Source of the DNA: a candidate division FCPU426 bacterium
Lineage (GTDB): Bacteria; Oederibacteriota; Muellerivitia; Muellerivitales; Muellerivitaceae
Assembly: GCA_963830915.1 (NCBI GenBank)
Contig: CAWHOE010000034.1
Coordinates: 32,001-96,000 of the forward strand
DNA length: 64,000 nt
Reading direction: 5' to 3'
The translations under genes and the position numbers were made by a program. The notes below the pieces were generated by a model. The model was not told the DNA's origin, did not search any database, and saw only the letters and a list, made by a program, of their open reading frames with translations. Shown piece by piece: positions 30,873 through 41,179 of this stretch (the stretch's first letter is position 1; every line of letters begins with the position of its first letter).

Positions 30873-32231
30873 TCAAAGTTTTGACTGAACAGTCCCTCCT
30901 GTCGATGGCAAGTTCGATCCTGTTTCCCCTGATTTCAACAAGAGCCTTATCGATAGGAAAAAGATAAGCCAATAATCCAACCGGGGGAATGTCTGGCTTA
31001 AAAGGAATTGGATCGAAAAATGTATGAGCCAGGCAAGAAAGACGATCGTTTTCAGATCGGCGTCGGGACTTTTTTTCCAAGCGGTCGTCATATTGGAAAG
31101 AACAGCGAATAGGAAAGCCAATACTCCCAAGGTGCCCGACTCCAAACCAATTTCGGTCCATGTCACCATTGAAAATTGACTCAGGCCCTGGCTGTTATTG
31201 GGACCGACCTGAGGGGTTACGCCGTTTCCCAAGACCGGATGTTGCATCCAAAGCGCGAAGCTTTCCTTGGCGTTGGATAATCGATCCCCTTCACTGGAAC
31301 CTTTTTGATGGATACGTGCCGTTGAATCCACTCCGATCGGACCCGAAATGAATTGCAAGTAACGGCGCGCCTGGGGAGAGATACAAAATAAACCCATGAA
31401 AAGGACGGCGATCAATATCGTCCTGACGGTGACGCGCCATAAAGGGTTGAATCTCCGCCGCACCACAAGGAATAAGATCATCAAGGTCAAAAAAACAAAT
31501 TCCGAAATGATGCCTGTGCGAGAACTGGTGATAATTACCGAGCTGACCACGAGGGCCGGGATCCACCCGGATCGATTCAATGGGCGGCGGATATCGGATG
31601 AAAATAGGCAGAGGAAAGCGAAGGTCAAGGCGCATCCGGCGTAAGAGGGTTCGAAATAGAATGCGTTAGGTCGGTAGGTTTGGAAGCCCATAAATCGCCA
31701 GGACTCCTGGGCGAAACCAATGGGAATGGAAAAGAAAGAGACCGCGCCCGGCATGCCTGGACCCAGATCTTGGAAGGAGGTGAAAGACCCGAAAAAATAC
31801 AGCGCGACGGCTTCCAACCATATGAATCCCGCTATCAAGACGATCCCCCACTCGAAACCCCGCTCCAGGGATTCTTCTCCCCGTTTATCCAAGCAAATCA
31901 CCGCGGCCAAGATAATATTGAACAATCCCCATCCCCATTTGATGGTGGTAGGGAAAGGCGTGGCTGAGCTAAGGGCGGCGATCTCATAGATCGTGAAAAA
32001 GGGTATCCAGGGGATCAAAATACTCAAATGGGTTTGCGCCTGTGGTGATCGGTCCTTAATTTGATTGAAAAGACGCAAAATGATGGGCAGGGCGGCGAGT
32101 AAAAGAAGGGCCTGTCCGAAACGAAAGTTGAAGCCATGGATCCTTATCGCGAAGACCACATCCGCGCTGGAAAGAAAAAAGAGCAAGGCGAAGAACAGAG
32201 CCTCTAATGTCTTTCGGTTTTGCCCGAACAT
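30873..32231 (-). CDS. O-antigen polymerase/ligase-like (Wzy/WaaL) membrane protein
   Basis: Multi-TM; RPNAFYFEPSY, SSRTG, R.....F.....HPVLGNG, E.G.LG. Confidence 0.75.
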   Translation of the reverse strand: MFGQNRKTLEALFFALLFFLSSADVVFAIRIHGFNFRFGQALLLLAALPIILRLFNQIKDRSPQAQTHLSILIPWIPFFTIYEIAALSSATPFPTTIKWGWGLFNIILAAVICLDKRGEESLERGFEWGIVLIAGFIWLEAVALYFFGSFTSFQDLGPGMPGAVSFFSIPIGFAQESWRFMGFQTYRPNAFYFEPSYAGCALTFAFLCLFSSDIRRPLNRSGWIPALVVSSVIITSSRTGIISEFVFLTLMILFLVVRRRFNPLWRVTVRTILIAVLFMGLFCISPQARRYLQFISGPIGVDSTARIHQKGSSEGDRLSNAKESFALWMQHPVLGNGVTPQVGPNNSQGLSQFSMVTWTEIGLESGTLGVLAFLFAVLSNMTTAWKKSPDADLKTIVFLAWLIHFSIQFLLSQTFPRLDYWLIFFLSIRLLLKSGETGSNLPSTGGTVQSKL

Positions 32232-32431
32232 TCGTGTTTACCTTTAATGAAATGAGATTCTTGAAGGGTGAGAACGCCCTTATACTACCAAACAATTTCG
32301 GTCTTCAATATTTTTAATAGCAAGTTTCAGGGCTGTTTAACATGAAGTGATAAAATGAATTCCTATTTGAATCGCTGGATCGATCCTTAGTCTTTTTGCG
32401 GTATAAAACAATCACGCTTTGATCGGAATCT

Positions 32432-33649
32432 ATGAGGCTGGCGCTAGTCAATAACTACCTTTATTACCGGGGCGGCGCGGAAAAAGTGTTCCGTGACCAA
32501 AAGGAACTCTTCCAGGAAAAGGGTCACGATGTTTTCCTTTTCAGCCAAAATCATATCGATAATTTGCCCGATGAAAATCAAAGTTGGTTCCCCCGGTGGA
32601 GCGACCCGAAAAAAGCCGGATTCATTACCGGTTTGCCTAGATTGTTGAAATTCATTTACTCCCACGGGAATCGGAAGATTTTCAGGAGGTTTCTACAAAG
32701 GTTCCAACCCGATCTGGTCCACGCGCATAATCTTTATGGGGGACTAACGATGGCGGTCATTGACGCGGCGGCGGAACTGGATATCCCGGTGGTCATGACT
32801 TTGCATGATTATAAAATGATCAGTCCTTCTCCCAACCTTCTTTCCGGTATCGAGCCCTGTCGGGAATGCCTGGTTCGCCCAGGCGCCTTGAATTGCGTGT
32901 GGAAGAAATGCCATCGGGGAAATTTTAAAAGCACCCTGGCTTATTATTGCGAAACTTGGTTCAATCGGAGGTTTAAAAAATACCATAAGGTTAAAACCTT
33001 CATCGTTCCTAGCCAGTACATGAAAAATACCATTACCACCGCGGGGGTTGACCCAAATGTTGTGAAAGTGGTGCCAAACGCCATCCCTCTCGGACCGCCA
33101 CCCGCCTTCAATGAGAAAGGTGGTTATTATTTTTACGCGGGTAGAATGTCGGATGAAAAAGGAGTTCGGCCTTTGCTGGAGGCCTTCGAGAATTTTTCCG
33201 GCCATTTGATCTTGGCTGGGGATGGTCCTCAAATGGAGAATTATAAAAAGATAGCGAAGGGGAAAAATAACATCCAGTTCGTCGGGCAACTGGACCAAAC
33301 CCGTATGGATGAACATTACCGTCGCTGTACGGCGGTCGTCATCCCCTCCCTATGGTCGGAAACATCATCCATGACAGCCCTTCAGGCCATGGCCAACGGT
33401 AAACCGGTAGTGGCCAGCCGGGTAGGGGCACTTGCGGAAATCGTAGAGGATGGAGTCACAGGGTTTCTTTTCGAGCCTGGGAACGTAAAGCAATTAACCG
33501 GATTGCTTAAGGATTTGGATTCTCACAAAGCTTTGGCCGAGCGAATGGGCGAAAACGCCCGCGTGGAAACGGAAAAGAAATACTCGCAAGAACGACAATA
33601 TGAAACGTTGATGGGGATCTACGAGATGGTATTAAGAAAGGGAAATTAA
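32432..33649 (+). CDS. GT4 glycosyltransferase
   Basis: RGGAE, PDLVHAHN, TLHDY, GRMSDEKG, PS.WSE....ALQAMA.GKPVVAS. Confidence 0.92.
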   Translation: MRLALVNNYLYYRGGAEKVFRDQKELFQEKGHDVFLFSQNHIDNLPDENQSWFPRWSDPKKAGFITGLPRLLKFIYSHGNRKIFRRFLQRFQPDLVHAHNLYGGLTMAVIDAAAELDIPVVMTLHDYKMISPSPNLLSGIEPCRECLVRPGALNCVWKKCHRGNFKSTLAYYCETWFNRRFKKYHKVKTFIVPSQYMKNTITTAGVDPNVVKVVPNAIPLGPPPAFNEKGGYYFYAGRMSDEKGVRPLLEAFENFSGHLILAGDGPQMENYKKIAKGKNNIQFVGQLDQTRMDEHYRRCTAVVIPSLWSETSSMTALQAMANGKPVVASRVGALAEIVEDGVTGFLFEPGNVKQLTGLLKDLDSHKALAERMGENARVETEKKYSQERQYETLMGIYEMVLRKGN

Positions 33650-33650
33650 G

Positions 33651-34889
33651 GTGCGTATCCTTCTATTGGGAAATATTGGCTTTTTTAACCACAAGGATTT
33701 CGGTTTGGGCGGGATTGAGACGACCCTTCAGGCTTTGCGAAAATACTTAACCGCAGCCGGACATGAGGTCAAGATCGTCCATGTCGGGTTGGTGCCGGAG
33801 TCCTTCGAGAAAGAAGTGAACCCAGACCCCGACGTCCTATTTTTAAAAAAGCTCAATCCGATCAAGAAAATATGGCCGACTTTGTATATTAAAAAAGAAC
33901 TCAGGGAGATCATAAAAAATAACCGTCCTGACGTGGTTTGGTGCCGAAATATCCAGTTGGGATTGGCGGTGGAAAAATTAGTGGATTGCCCGATCTTCCA
34001 TATTTTTCCCGAGTTGATCAGGATCGTCTATTTGTGGGATTTTTCGAAAGATAATATCCAGCCGACAACAAGGAGAAGCCTCAAGGGGTCGATCTTGGAG
34101 TTTTATAAATGGATCAGGCGTTTACCCCGACACTTATTTGAAAAACAGCAAGAAAGAAATGTGATCAAGAAATTCGGCTTGGTAGTATTCAGCGAGAAAA
34201 TGCGGGAACAAATCCAAAAAACATATGGGATTTCCCCGGAAGCCGTTCACGTGATCCATCCCGGAGTTGACGAGAATAAATTCAACAAGGAAAGAGGGCG
34301 GGAACAATTCGGGGTCATTGAGAAAAAATATGGACTGCGGGAAGACCAAAAATTCATATTGTTCGTTGGTCGTCTGGTGGTCGGCAAGAATATCCCGCTC
34401 TTATTACGGGCCATGGCCCTGACACAAGGGGAGAAACGGTTGGTGATCGTGGGGGATGGACCCCTTCGGGATAAATTGGAAACTTATGTTCGAGAGATCG
34501 GAATGTCGACCCGGGTGCTGTTTGTGGGCCGACAGGACGAGTTGCTCGCCGGGTTTTATGCCATGGCCAGGGTTTTCGTCAATCCCTGTTTGAACGAGCC
34601 GTTTGGCCATGTGTTAATTGAGTCGTTATTTTGCGGCACGCCTGTTATAGGCATCCGATCGAATGGGTCCAAAACGGTGACGGCCATTGATGAAGTGACG
34701 GATGGGGGAAAATTTGGAAGGCAAGTGGATGCCAATCCGGAGGCCATGGCCAAGGCGATCGACGAGATGATCTCTTTAAAAGATGAGGATTATAGGGCCA
34801 TGTCGGAAAAAGGGATCGAGTCCGTACGAAACCGTTATAACTGGCCTAAATTCATCGAGCGAATGATGAACTTGCCGGCGCGGCCATGA
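33651..34889 (+). CDS. GT4 glycosyltransferase
   Basis: GGIET, FVGRLVVGKN, EPFGHVLIESLFCGTPVI. Confidence 0.9.
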   Translation: MRILLLGNIGFFNHKDFGLGGIETTLQALRKYLTAAGHEVKIVHVGLVPESFEKEVNPDPDVLFLKKLNPIKKIWPTLYIKKELREIIKNNRPDVVWCRNIQLGLAVEKLVDCPIFHIFPELIRIVYLWDFSKDNIQPTTRRSLKGSILEFYKWIRRLPRHLFEKQQERNVIKKFGLVVFSEKMREQIQKTYGISPEAVHVIHPGVDENKFNKERGREQFGVIEKKYGLREDQKFILFVGRLVVGKNIPLLLRAMALTQGEKRLVIVGDGPLRDKLETYVREIGMSTRVLFVGRQDELLAGFYAMARVFVNPCLNEPFGHVLIESLFCGTPVIGIRSNGSKTVTAIDEVTDGGKFGRQVDANPEAMAKAIDEMISLKDEDYRAMSEKGIESVRNRYNWPKFIERMMNLPARP

Positions 34890-35758
34890 CTATTTCAGTC
34901 ATTCTGCCCGCTTACAACTGCGAGGATTGTGTTGAGCGCGCCATCGAAAGCGTCCTCGTTCAGGATGTTCCCGGGCTGGAATTCCTGATCCTGGATGACG
35001 GTTCCATCGATGGAACCTCTCGGATCATCCGAAAATATCGAAAATGGGCCCGAACTATAAGGCACAAAAACCGGGGTTTAAGCGCTACCCGCAATCGGGG
35101 CGTGGGGATGGCCCGCCATGATTACTTGGCTTTCATCGATTCCGACGATGAGTGGCTACCTGGAAAACTGAAGCATCAAATGGAGTTATTCCGGCGTTAT
35201 CCCGAAGTGGCGCTCACCACGACCGGGTCGCGGTTTCACACGAAAGAGGGCAGGCTCACCCGGATCGAGCAAAGGGAATTCCACGGCAAGATGATCCCCC
35301 AATTGGCCAAGGGTGACTACATCAATACCTCCAGCGTGATGGTCAAACGGGACGCGCTTCGGTTCTTCAAAAAACCTTTCCCCGAAAGTATCCGCTACGC
35401 TGAGGATTATGTTCTTTGGGTGCGTTTGGCGCTGCGTCATGAGTTCCACGCCAGTTCGGAGATCCTGGTCGAAACAAGGGCCAGTTCTCATGAGGATTTC
35501 CTGAGAAAGTACGACGAGAAAGATATGAGGATAGCCTATGGATTGATCCTGAAAGCGGTCGAGGGTCATTGTGGGAAAAGGGAAATAAAGCGGTTCCGCT
35601 CCCGTCTTCATTTCGAGTTGGCTTCCTTGCATGCCAGGAGAAAAGAATTGGGGGGAATGCTGGCGGAAATATTCACGGGTCTTTCTGAAAACCCATGGGA
35701 TCTCAGCAATTCGTCTTGGTGCGTAAAAAACCTCATGAGATATTTCAACTTTTTATGA
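34886..35758 (+). CDS. GT2 glycosyltransferase
   Basis: SVILPAYN, DDGSID, RNRG, FIDSDD, EDY.LW. Confidence 0.92.
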   Translation: MTISVILPAYNCEDCVERAIESVLVQDVPGLEFLILDDGSIDGTSRIIRKYRKWARTIRHKNRGLSATRNRGVGMARHDYLAFIDSDDEWLPGKLKHQMELFRRYPEVALTTTGSRFHTKEGRLTRIEQREFHGKMIPQLAKGDYINTSSVMVKRDALRFFKKPFPESIRYAEDYVLWVRLALRHEFHASSEILVETRASSHEDFLRKYDEKDMRIAYGLILKAVEGHCGKREIKRFRSRLHFELASLHARRKELGGMLAEIFTGLSENPWDLSNSSWCVKNLMRYFNFL

Positions 35759-37050
35759 AAAACAAAAACTCGAAGGGAAATAACACAGGGATCTGGAGAT
35801 GGATGGGGTCGGACTTTTTTCAAAAAGTCGCCCTGATCACCACGAATCGCGGATTGGTGATGTTCCTGGGGTTCGTGATATCCATCATCCTGGTGCGGGT
35901 GTTAGGCCCGGAAGGAAGGGGTTTATACGTCACGGCCATGTCGACGGCCCAAATAGGGATCCTGTTGGGAAATTTGGGGCTCCAAGTACCTCACACCCTA
36001 TTGATTTCACGGAATAAGAACACTTTGGGAAATTTGACCGCGAATAGTGTCGTGACCGGGATTGTGATCGGCGGCGGCGGAGCCGCGGTGGTGGGGGCTT
36101 TTTTCCTATTATTCCCTTCGATCCCTCCGGTTCATGGATGGTTGCTGGGGTTAAGTCTGACTTGGATCCCTTTCGGTGTCCTTTATTTCCTTTTGTTCAA
36201 TTTGTTGATCGGGATCGATAACGTCAAGGGATGCGTCAAGATCGAATTGAGTTCGAAGACCCTCCAAATCTTAACGGTATCTTTATTGGCTTTTCTATTC
36301 ACCCCGCGCGTCGAGGTGTTTTTCGCCGTCGCCCTGACATTGGTGGTTGTGAGCTGTATTTGGCAGCTTTTCGAACTTCGAAAGGATTTCCAAGGTCGCT
36401 TTTCACCCTCGTACAATATTTTCAAAAAAAACCTTTCCCTGGGTTTGAAGTTCTACTTTGCGAACATCCTTTCCTTTCTTTTGATCAGGATCGATTGCCT
36501 GATCGTGAAATATATGTTAGGCGCTGAGCAAACGGGATATTACTCGGTCGCCGCGAGTCTTGCCGATATCATCCCAATGGTCCCGAGCATGGTCGGGCTT
36601 ATATTATTTCCGAAACTCTCCTCTTTGACCGATAAAGGAGAGAGGTGGAAGCTGGCACGCAAATCCCTATGGATCACTGGTCTGTTTCTGCTCCCTTGCG
36701 TATTTCTCGCGTGGTTCTTGGCAGGACCGGCCATTGGGATGGTTTATGGTATTCGTTTTCTTCCTTCCGTCGACGCTTTCCGGATTTTGATACCCGGGAT
36801 CTATTTCATGGCACTCCAAATGGTGGCGGTCCAATTTTTGAAAAGTGAGGGGTATCCTTGGGAATTAGTTTTAAGTTGGGGAGCGGCGGTTTTGTTGAAT
36901 GTCCTGCTGAACCTTTGGCTGGTCCCTTGTTATGGGATCGTGGGGGCATCCCTTAGTTCCACCCTCTGTTATGTCCTTATCTTTTTTCTCACGCTTTTCA
37001 TCATTCGGAATAGAGTGTCCGCTGATTTTTCGGAAAGGTTCGCTTCGTAA
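35755..37050 (+). CDS. Third intact Wzx-family flippase
   Basis: RVLGPEGRG, RID, GYYSVA, NLWLVPCYGIVGA; ATGA overlap with upstream GT2. Confidence 0.88.
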   Translation: MKNKNSKGNNTGIWRWMGSDFFQKVALITTNRGLVMFLGFVISIILVRVLGPEGRGLYVTAMSTAQIGILLGNLGLQVPHTLLISRNKNTLGNLTANSVVTGIVIGGGGAAVVGAFFLLFPSIPPVHGWLLGLSLTWIPFGVLYFLLFNLLIGIDNVKGCVKIELSSKTLQILTVSLLAFLFTPRVEVFFAVALTLVVVSCIWQLFELRKDFQGRFSPSYNIFKKNLSLGLKFYFANILSFLLIRIDCLIVKYMLGAEQTGYYSVAASLADIIPMVPSMVGLILFPKLSSLTDKGERWKLARKSLWITGLFLLPCVFLAWFLAGPAIGMVYGIRFLPSVDAFRILIPGIYFMALQMVAVQFLKSEGYPWELVLSWGAAVLLNVLLNLWLVPCYGIVGASLSSTLCYVLIFFLTLFIIRNRVSADFSERFAS

Positions 37051-37071
37051 TCAAAGATTTAAGGGGAAATC

Positions 37072-38046
37072 ATGCCGACAAAACCAATTATTTCCGTCGT
37101 GATCGAGACAGGTACCCGAGCCCTGACCGATTCCATATCCGTGGAAGAATCAGTCGGTCGACATCTGGAGGAGATCCGAAAATTTTCGAAGGGTCCGGAA
37201 GTGGAGGTCCTGTTTGTGGGGGCGCAACTCCCCCCGAACTCCTTGATGCAAAAAAACTGTCGATGTCTGAGTCTGCCCCAGGTGGGTTATTACGGATGGA
37301 AAAACGCCGGCGCGAAAGCCGCCCGGGGGAAGTACATCGCCTTTTGGGACAGTGATTGTCGGCCTGGCAAGGGTTACCTTAAAAAAGCGGTGGAAACCCT
37401 TGAAAAGAACCGGAGGCTTTGGGGAGTGACCGGTATAAGCCAATATGACGGTGATACTTATCTTACCCGGCTCAATACGGTTTTAAGTTTCGGTTATCTT
37501 TACCAGGACGAGGATTTCACTACCGGCCACGCGGCCCTGTCCCACAATGTGGTGATCCGTAAGAGTAAGCTTCCCCAGGAGCCATTTGGACCATACTCTT
37601 ACCGCGTGGGAGGCGATTTTCATCTTACTCGCATGGCCGCCCGAGCGGGTCATCCCTTGAAATTGGTCCGGGAAATGCGGATATTTCATGAGGACCCCTC
37701 TTTTTCCCTGAGCGCCTTGTTGGAACGGCATTTGCGGGGAATATTCGAACCCCAATTGTTCAAGCCCCAGGGTTCGAGATTGGAGGTCATGGCTTTGGCT
37801 TTTCGCGGAGTAGCGGGGATGACCAAGGGTTGGATCGTGAAGGTCTTCACTTACGGAAAGAGGATGGAGTTTGGAACCTTCGACGCCATTCTTTCACTTC
37901 CCGTACTGATGGTTTATTCCCTCTTGGATCTGTTCGTTGTCATGGTAATGGTATTGTACCAACCGCTTTTGGATAAGCTGATCACGCACCATATCGGGTC
38001 CAAACCCGGAACCCCAAGCCCCTCCCCAAAGCTGGACCCCATCTGA
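37072..38046 (+). CDS. GT2 glycosyltransferase with C-terminal hydrophobic segment
   Basis: ISVVI, KNAGAKAARGKYIAFWDSDC (DxD). Confidence 0.8.
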   Translation: MPTKPIISVVIETGTRALTDSISVEESVGRHLEEIRKFSKGPEVEVLFVGAQLPPNSLMQKNCRCLSLPQVGYYGWKNAGAKAARGKYIAFWDSDCRPGKGYLKKAVETLEKNRRLWGVTGISQYDGDTYLTRLNTVLSFGYLYQDEDFTTGHAALSHNVVIRKSKLPQEPFGPYSYRVGGDFHLTRMAARAGHPLKLVREMRIFHEDPSFSLSALLERHLRGIFEPQLFKPQGSRLEVMALAFRGVAGMTKGWIVKVFTYGKRMEFGTFDAILSLPVLMVYSLLDLFVVMVMVLYQPLLDKLITHHIGSKPGTPSPSPKLDPI

Positions 38047-38350
38047 ATGGGATGATTAGGTGTGTATTCTTTCCAGACCCGATGAACCGCTTGAAAAATG
38101 GAAAGTTTATTCGCTGGTCCAATGGATCATGGAAAATCGTCTTGACAGAAAGACCCGACGGTCCCTATTCCTGCCCCTGCTGACGGCTAACCGATAACCT
38201 TTATTTTGCTTTTGAAGGTAGTTGCCATTATGTCCGAATGAAAATCAGGGGGAGAGTTATTAGTTCACTTAATAACTTCAAAACCAATGTGGCTAAAGTA
38301 TACTAATGGTCATTGAGACGTAGAATGTCAGCCACTCCAGGGAGCATCGA

Positions 38351-39495
38351 GTGATCATCGGGGTCGACGGAACTTGTTTCAGGGGGAGAGGACCGGCGCG
38401 GGATGGTATTTGACCCGCTTGCTGGAGGCCATGTCCCATATCCTGGAAGAGGACAGGGTCTATGTCTGGATGAACAATCCCACGGCGGAAGAAAAAACCA
38501 GGGTGTCCGAGAACCGTTTCATCTCCCTCAGCGTGACCCATTATCCCTGGGCGGCGCTCAAACTCACCTGGAATACCCTGGGGACGCCTTCCATCGAGAA
38601 TTTGATCGGCAGACCCGCGGATGTTTATTTTTACCCGAATTTCTTAACGGTCCCCCAAAAACAGGGAAAAAAAGTCATTTTCATCCACGACCTGACCTTC
38701 ATCACCAACCCGGACATGGTCCAACAGGATACCCTTAAAAATCTCGAGAACAATATGGGGAAACAAGGGGAAAAAGCCGACCTGATCCTGACCTGTTCGG
38801 AGTACAACCGTCAGGAAATATTGAAATATTTCCAGAGCCTGCCTGAATCCAAGATCAGGGTTGTGCCCCATGGGCTGAATCATGAATTCAGATTGCCCGC
38901 TCCCGCCGAGAAGATCCGGAGCGTCAAGGAACAATACCGTCTGCCCCATCCCTATTTCCTTTTTGTGGGGACCCTGGAGCCACGAAAGAATCTCCTGCGG
39001 TTGGTGCACGCTTTCCTGATCTTCAAGCAAAAGACCAAGTCGGACCATCAGTTGGTCCTGGCTGGCCCGAAGGGTTGGATCGGGGACGATTTCATGGATT
39101 TCATCCTGGCCCCGCAAATGGTGGATAAGGTCCGCTGGCTGGATTATGTACAGGCCGAGGACTTGCCGGCCCTTTATACCGGGGCGGACGCGTTTTTATT
39201 CCCGTCCTTGAAAGAGGGATTCGGGATGCCGCTCTTGGAAGCGATGGGTTGCGGAGTGCCGGTCCTTTGTTCCAACGCGACGGCCATACCGGAAGTCGTC
39301 GGGGACGCCGCCTGGATGATCGATCCCAACAACGTGGGGGAGTGGGCCTCGGCCATGGAACGGGTGGTGAAGGAGCCGGCGTTCGCGGGAGTCCTCCGGG
39401 AAAAAGGAAGGACCCGGATATCCCTTTTCCAAATGGATAACACCGCCAAGCAGACTTTGGCCGCCCTTAAGTTGGCTTATCAAGCCCATGGCTAA
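38351..39495 (+). CDS. GT4 glycosyltransferase (MtfB-like) with a 1-nt indel near the start
   Basis: GTG 38351 gives MIIGVDGTCF; adding one base near G5 at ~38382 joins GERTGAGWY...; FVGTLEPRKN, PSLKEGFGMPLLEAM. Confidence 0.85.
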
Positions 39496-40690
39496 AAAAA
39501 AGAAGCCCAGAGCCACGCCAAAAAAAAGGCGGAAGCAGACAAAAACCCTTACCCCGCCACTGTCCCGTTCCAAGACTTTTCCCCTGCTCCAACCTCCGCC
39601 GCCTTCCGCTTTCTCGCCCCAGGGGCCTGACCGAAAAGAACAACTCGCCAACGCCATGAGGGATCCCAAGGTTTCCGTGGTGATCGTCAATCATAACGGG
39701 GCCGACGCTCTTTGGAATTGTCTTTTCGCCCTGAAAACCCAGACCTTCCGCCCTGATGAGATCATCCTAGTGGATAACGCCTCCACGGACGGAAGCGTTC
39801 CTTTCGTCCGTCAGAATTACCCCCAGGTCGATATCCTGGAGTGCCAGGAGAATTTCGGATACGCCATGGGCTGCAATCTGGGGGCCAAGTGCGCCACAGG
39901 GGATGTGATCGCCCTGCTGAACAATGATACGGTCGTCACGCCCGAATGGTTGGGACGCATGGTACAAACGCTGAAAGATGGCTGGCCGGAAGTCGGGGCC
40001 GTCGCTTCCGAAGTCAAACCGCTCCAGGAAACACAGGGATCAACCCAGGAAAACAACAATGTCCTCAATTTCCTCGGCCGACCGGCCCGTGGTTTTATGG
40101 AAAGGGAAGAGCAGGTCTTTTATCCCGAGGGCTGCGCCCTGGCTTATGTCCGTTTGTTGGCTCCGGAAGGACCCTTCGATGACGATTATTTCCTTTACCA
40201 CGAGGATATCTACCTGGGTTGGAAACTCAGGTTGGGCGGCCTGCAGGTCATCAAGGCGTTGGACGCCAAGGTCTTTCATCAAGGAGGAGGAACGATGGCG
40301 GGCTTCCCTGGTTGGAGGGCTGTTTATTACGACCACCGGAATCGATGGTTGAACCTATCCTTGTTCCTGGAACGTGGGAATTTGATTAAGATTTTCCCCT
40401 GGGCCGCGATGGAATTGGCCGCGCTTCTGGTACGGGGACTTTTCACCTCGCCCGAGTTATTTCTCGGGGTATCGGCGGGATTTATCTGGATCCTAACCAG
40501 GGCAGGAGCGATCGCGAGAAAAAGGTCAGTCCTTCAAGAACGGCGGAAGATCGAGGACCAGGAGATCATGTGTTATATCAGCGGGAGAGTGGTACGGGAT
40601 GGGGCTTGGTTCTCGAGGTTCCTTAATTTCGTCTCATTGACCTATTGCCGGGTCGTGGGATTGCCTGTCATGGAGTTTTCCAGGGATTGA
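39488..40690 (+). CDS. GT2 glycosyltransferase (rhamnosyltransferase-like)
   Basis: VSVVIVNHN, VDNASTD, NFGYA.GCN, LLNND, F.YHED. Confidence 0.9.
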   Translation: MAKKKKPRATPKKRRKQTKTLTPPLSRSKTFPLLQPPPPSAFSPQGPDRKEQLANAMRDPKVSVVIVNHNGADALWNCLFALKTQTFRPDEIILVDNASTDGSVPFVRQNYPQVDILECQENFGYAMGCNLGAKCATGDVIALLNNDTVVTPEWLGRMVQTLKDGWPEVGAVASEVKPLQETQGSTQENNNVLNFLGRPARGFMEREEQVFYPEGCALAYVRLLAPEGPFDDDYFLYHEDIYLGWKLRLGGLQVIKALDAKVFHQGGGTMAGFPGWRAVYYDHRNRWLNLSLFLERGNLIKIFPWAAMELAALLVRGLFTSPELFLGVSAGFIWILTRAGAIARKRSVLQERRKIEDQEIMCYISGRVVRDGAWFSRFLNFVSLTYCRVVGLPVMEFSRD

Positions 40691-40780
40691 TATGTCGACA
40701 CCCAAAAATCCTTGGTAAAAGGCGTTTTTGAGAGTAAACTTTTGGCCTTCAGACAGTCGTCAATCCGGAGGAGTGGAACC

Positions 40781-41116
40781 TTGTCCAAGATCGCTAAGAG
40801 AAACTCTTCATTCATCGATGATCCCCAACGCTGTGAGATCTGCTCGACCTCCCTGACGCTCTATCCTAAGGATTTCATCCCCTGTCCTTGCTGCAAAAGG
40901 ACCATCTGCCGCCAGTGCTGGGGGGAAAGCTGGACCAATAAATCCTTTCCGTCCGAGAAATGCGCCCACTTGAACGAGAACGAGGGACTTTCGTCCGGAA
41001 TGATGGCCCAACGCGGCCAGGAGTTCGGTTGGGATTGGTATAAGATCGCCTTTGCCGGGGTCCTGATCCTTCTGGCCATCGGCATCCTGATCTTTTTGAC
41101 CGGTCTATTCACGTAA
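40781..41116 (+). CDS. Small Cys-rich (zinc-finger-like) protein with C-terminal transmembrane anchor
   Basis: TTG after GGAGGAG; CEIC-x13-CPCC-x4-CRQC-x14-CAH, then hydrophobic tail IAFAGVLILLAIGILIFLTGLF. Confidence 0.7.
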   Translation: MSKIAKRNSSFIDDPQRCEICSTSLTLYPKDFIPCPCCKRTICRQCWGESWTNKSFPSEKCAHLNENEGLSSGMMAQRGQEFGWDWYKIAFAGVLILLAIGILIFLTGLFT

Positions 41117-41179
41117 AACATCGATTTCCCCGGCCATGACCGTAAGCTTCCTTTGTAAATCCTTCTAGAAGAGGTCTCC

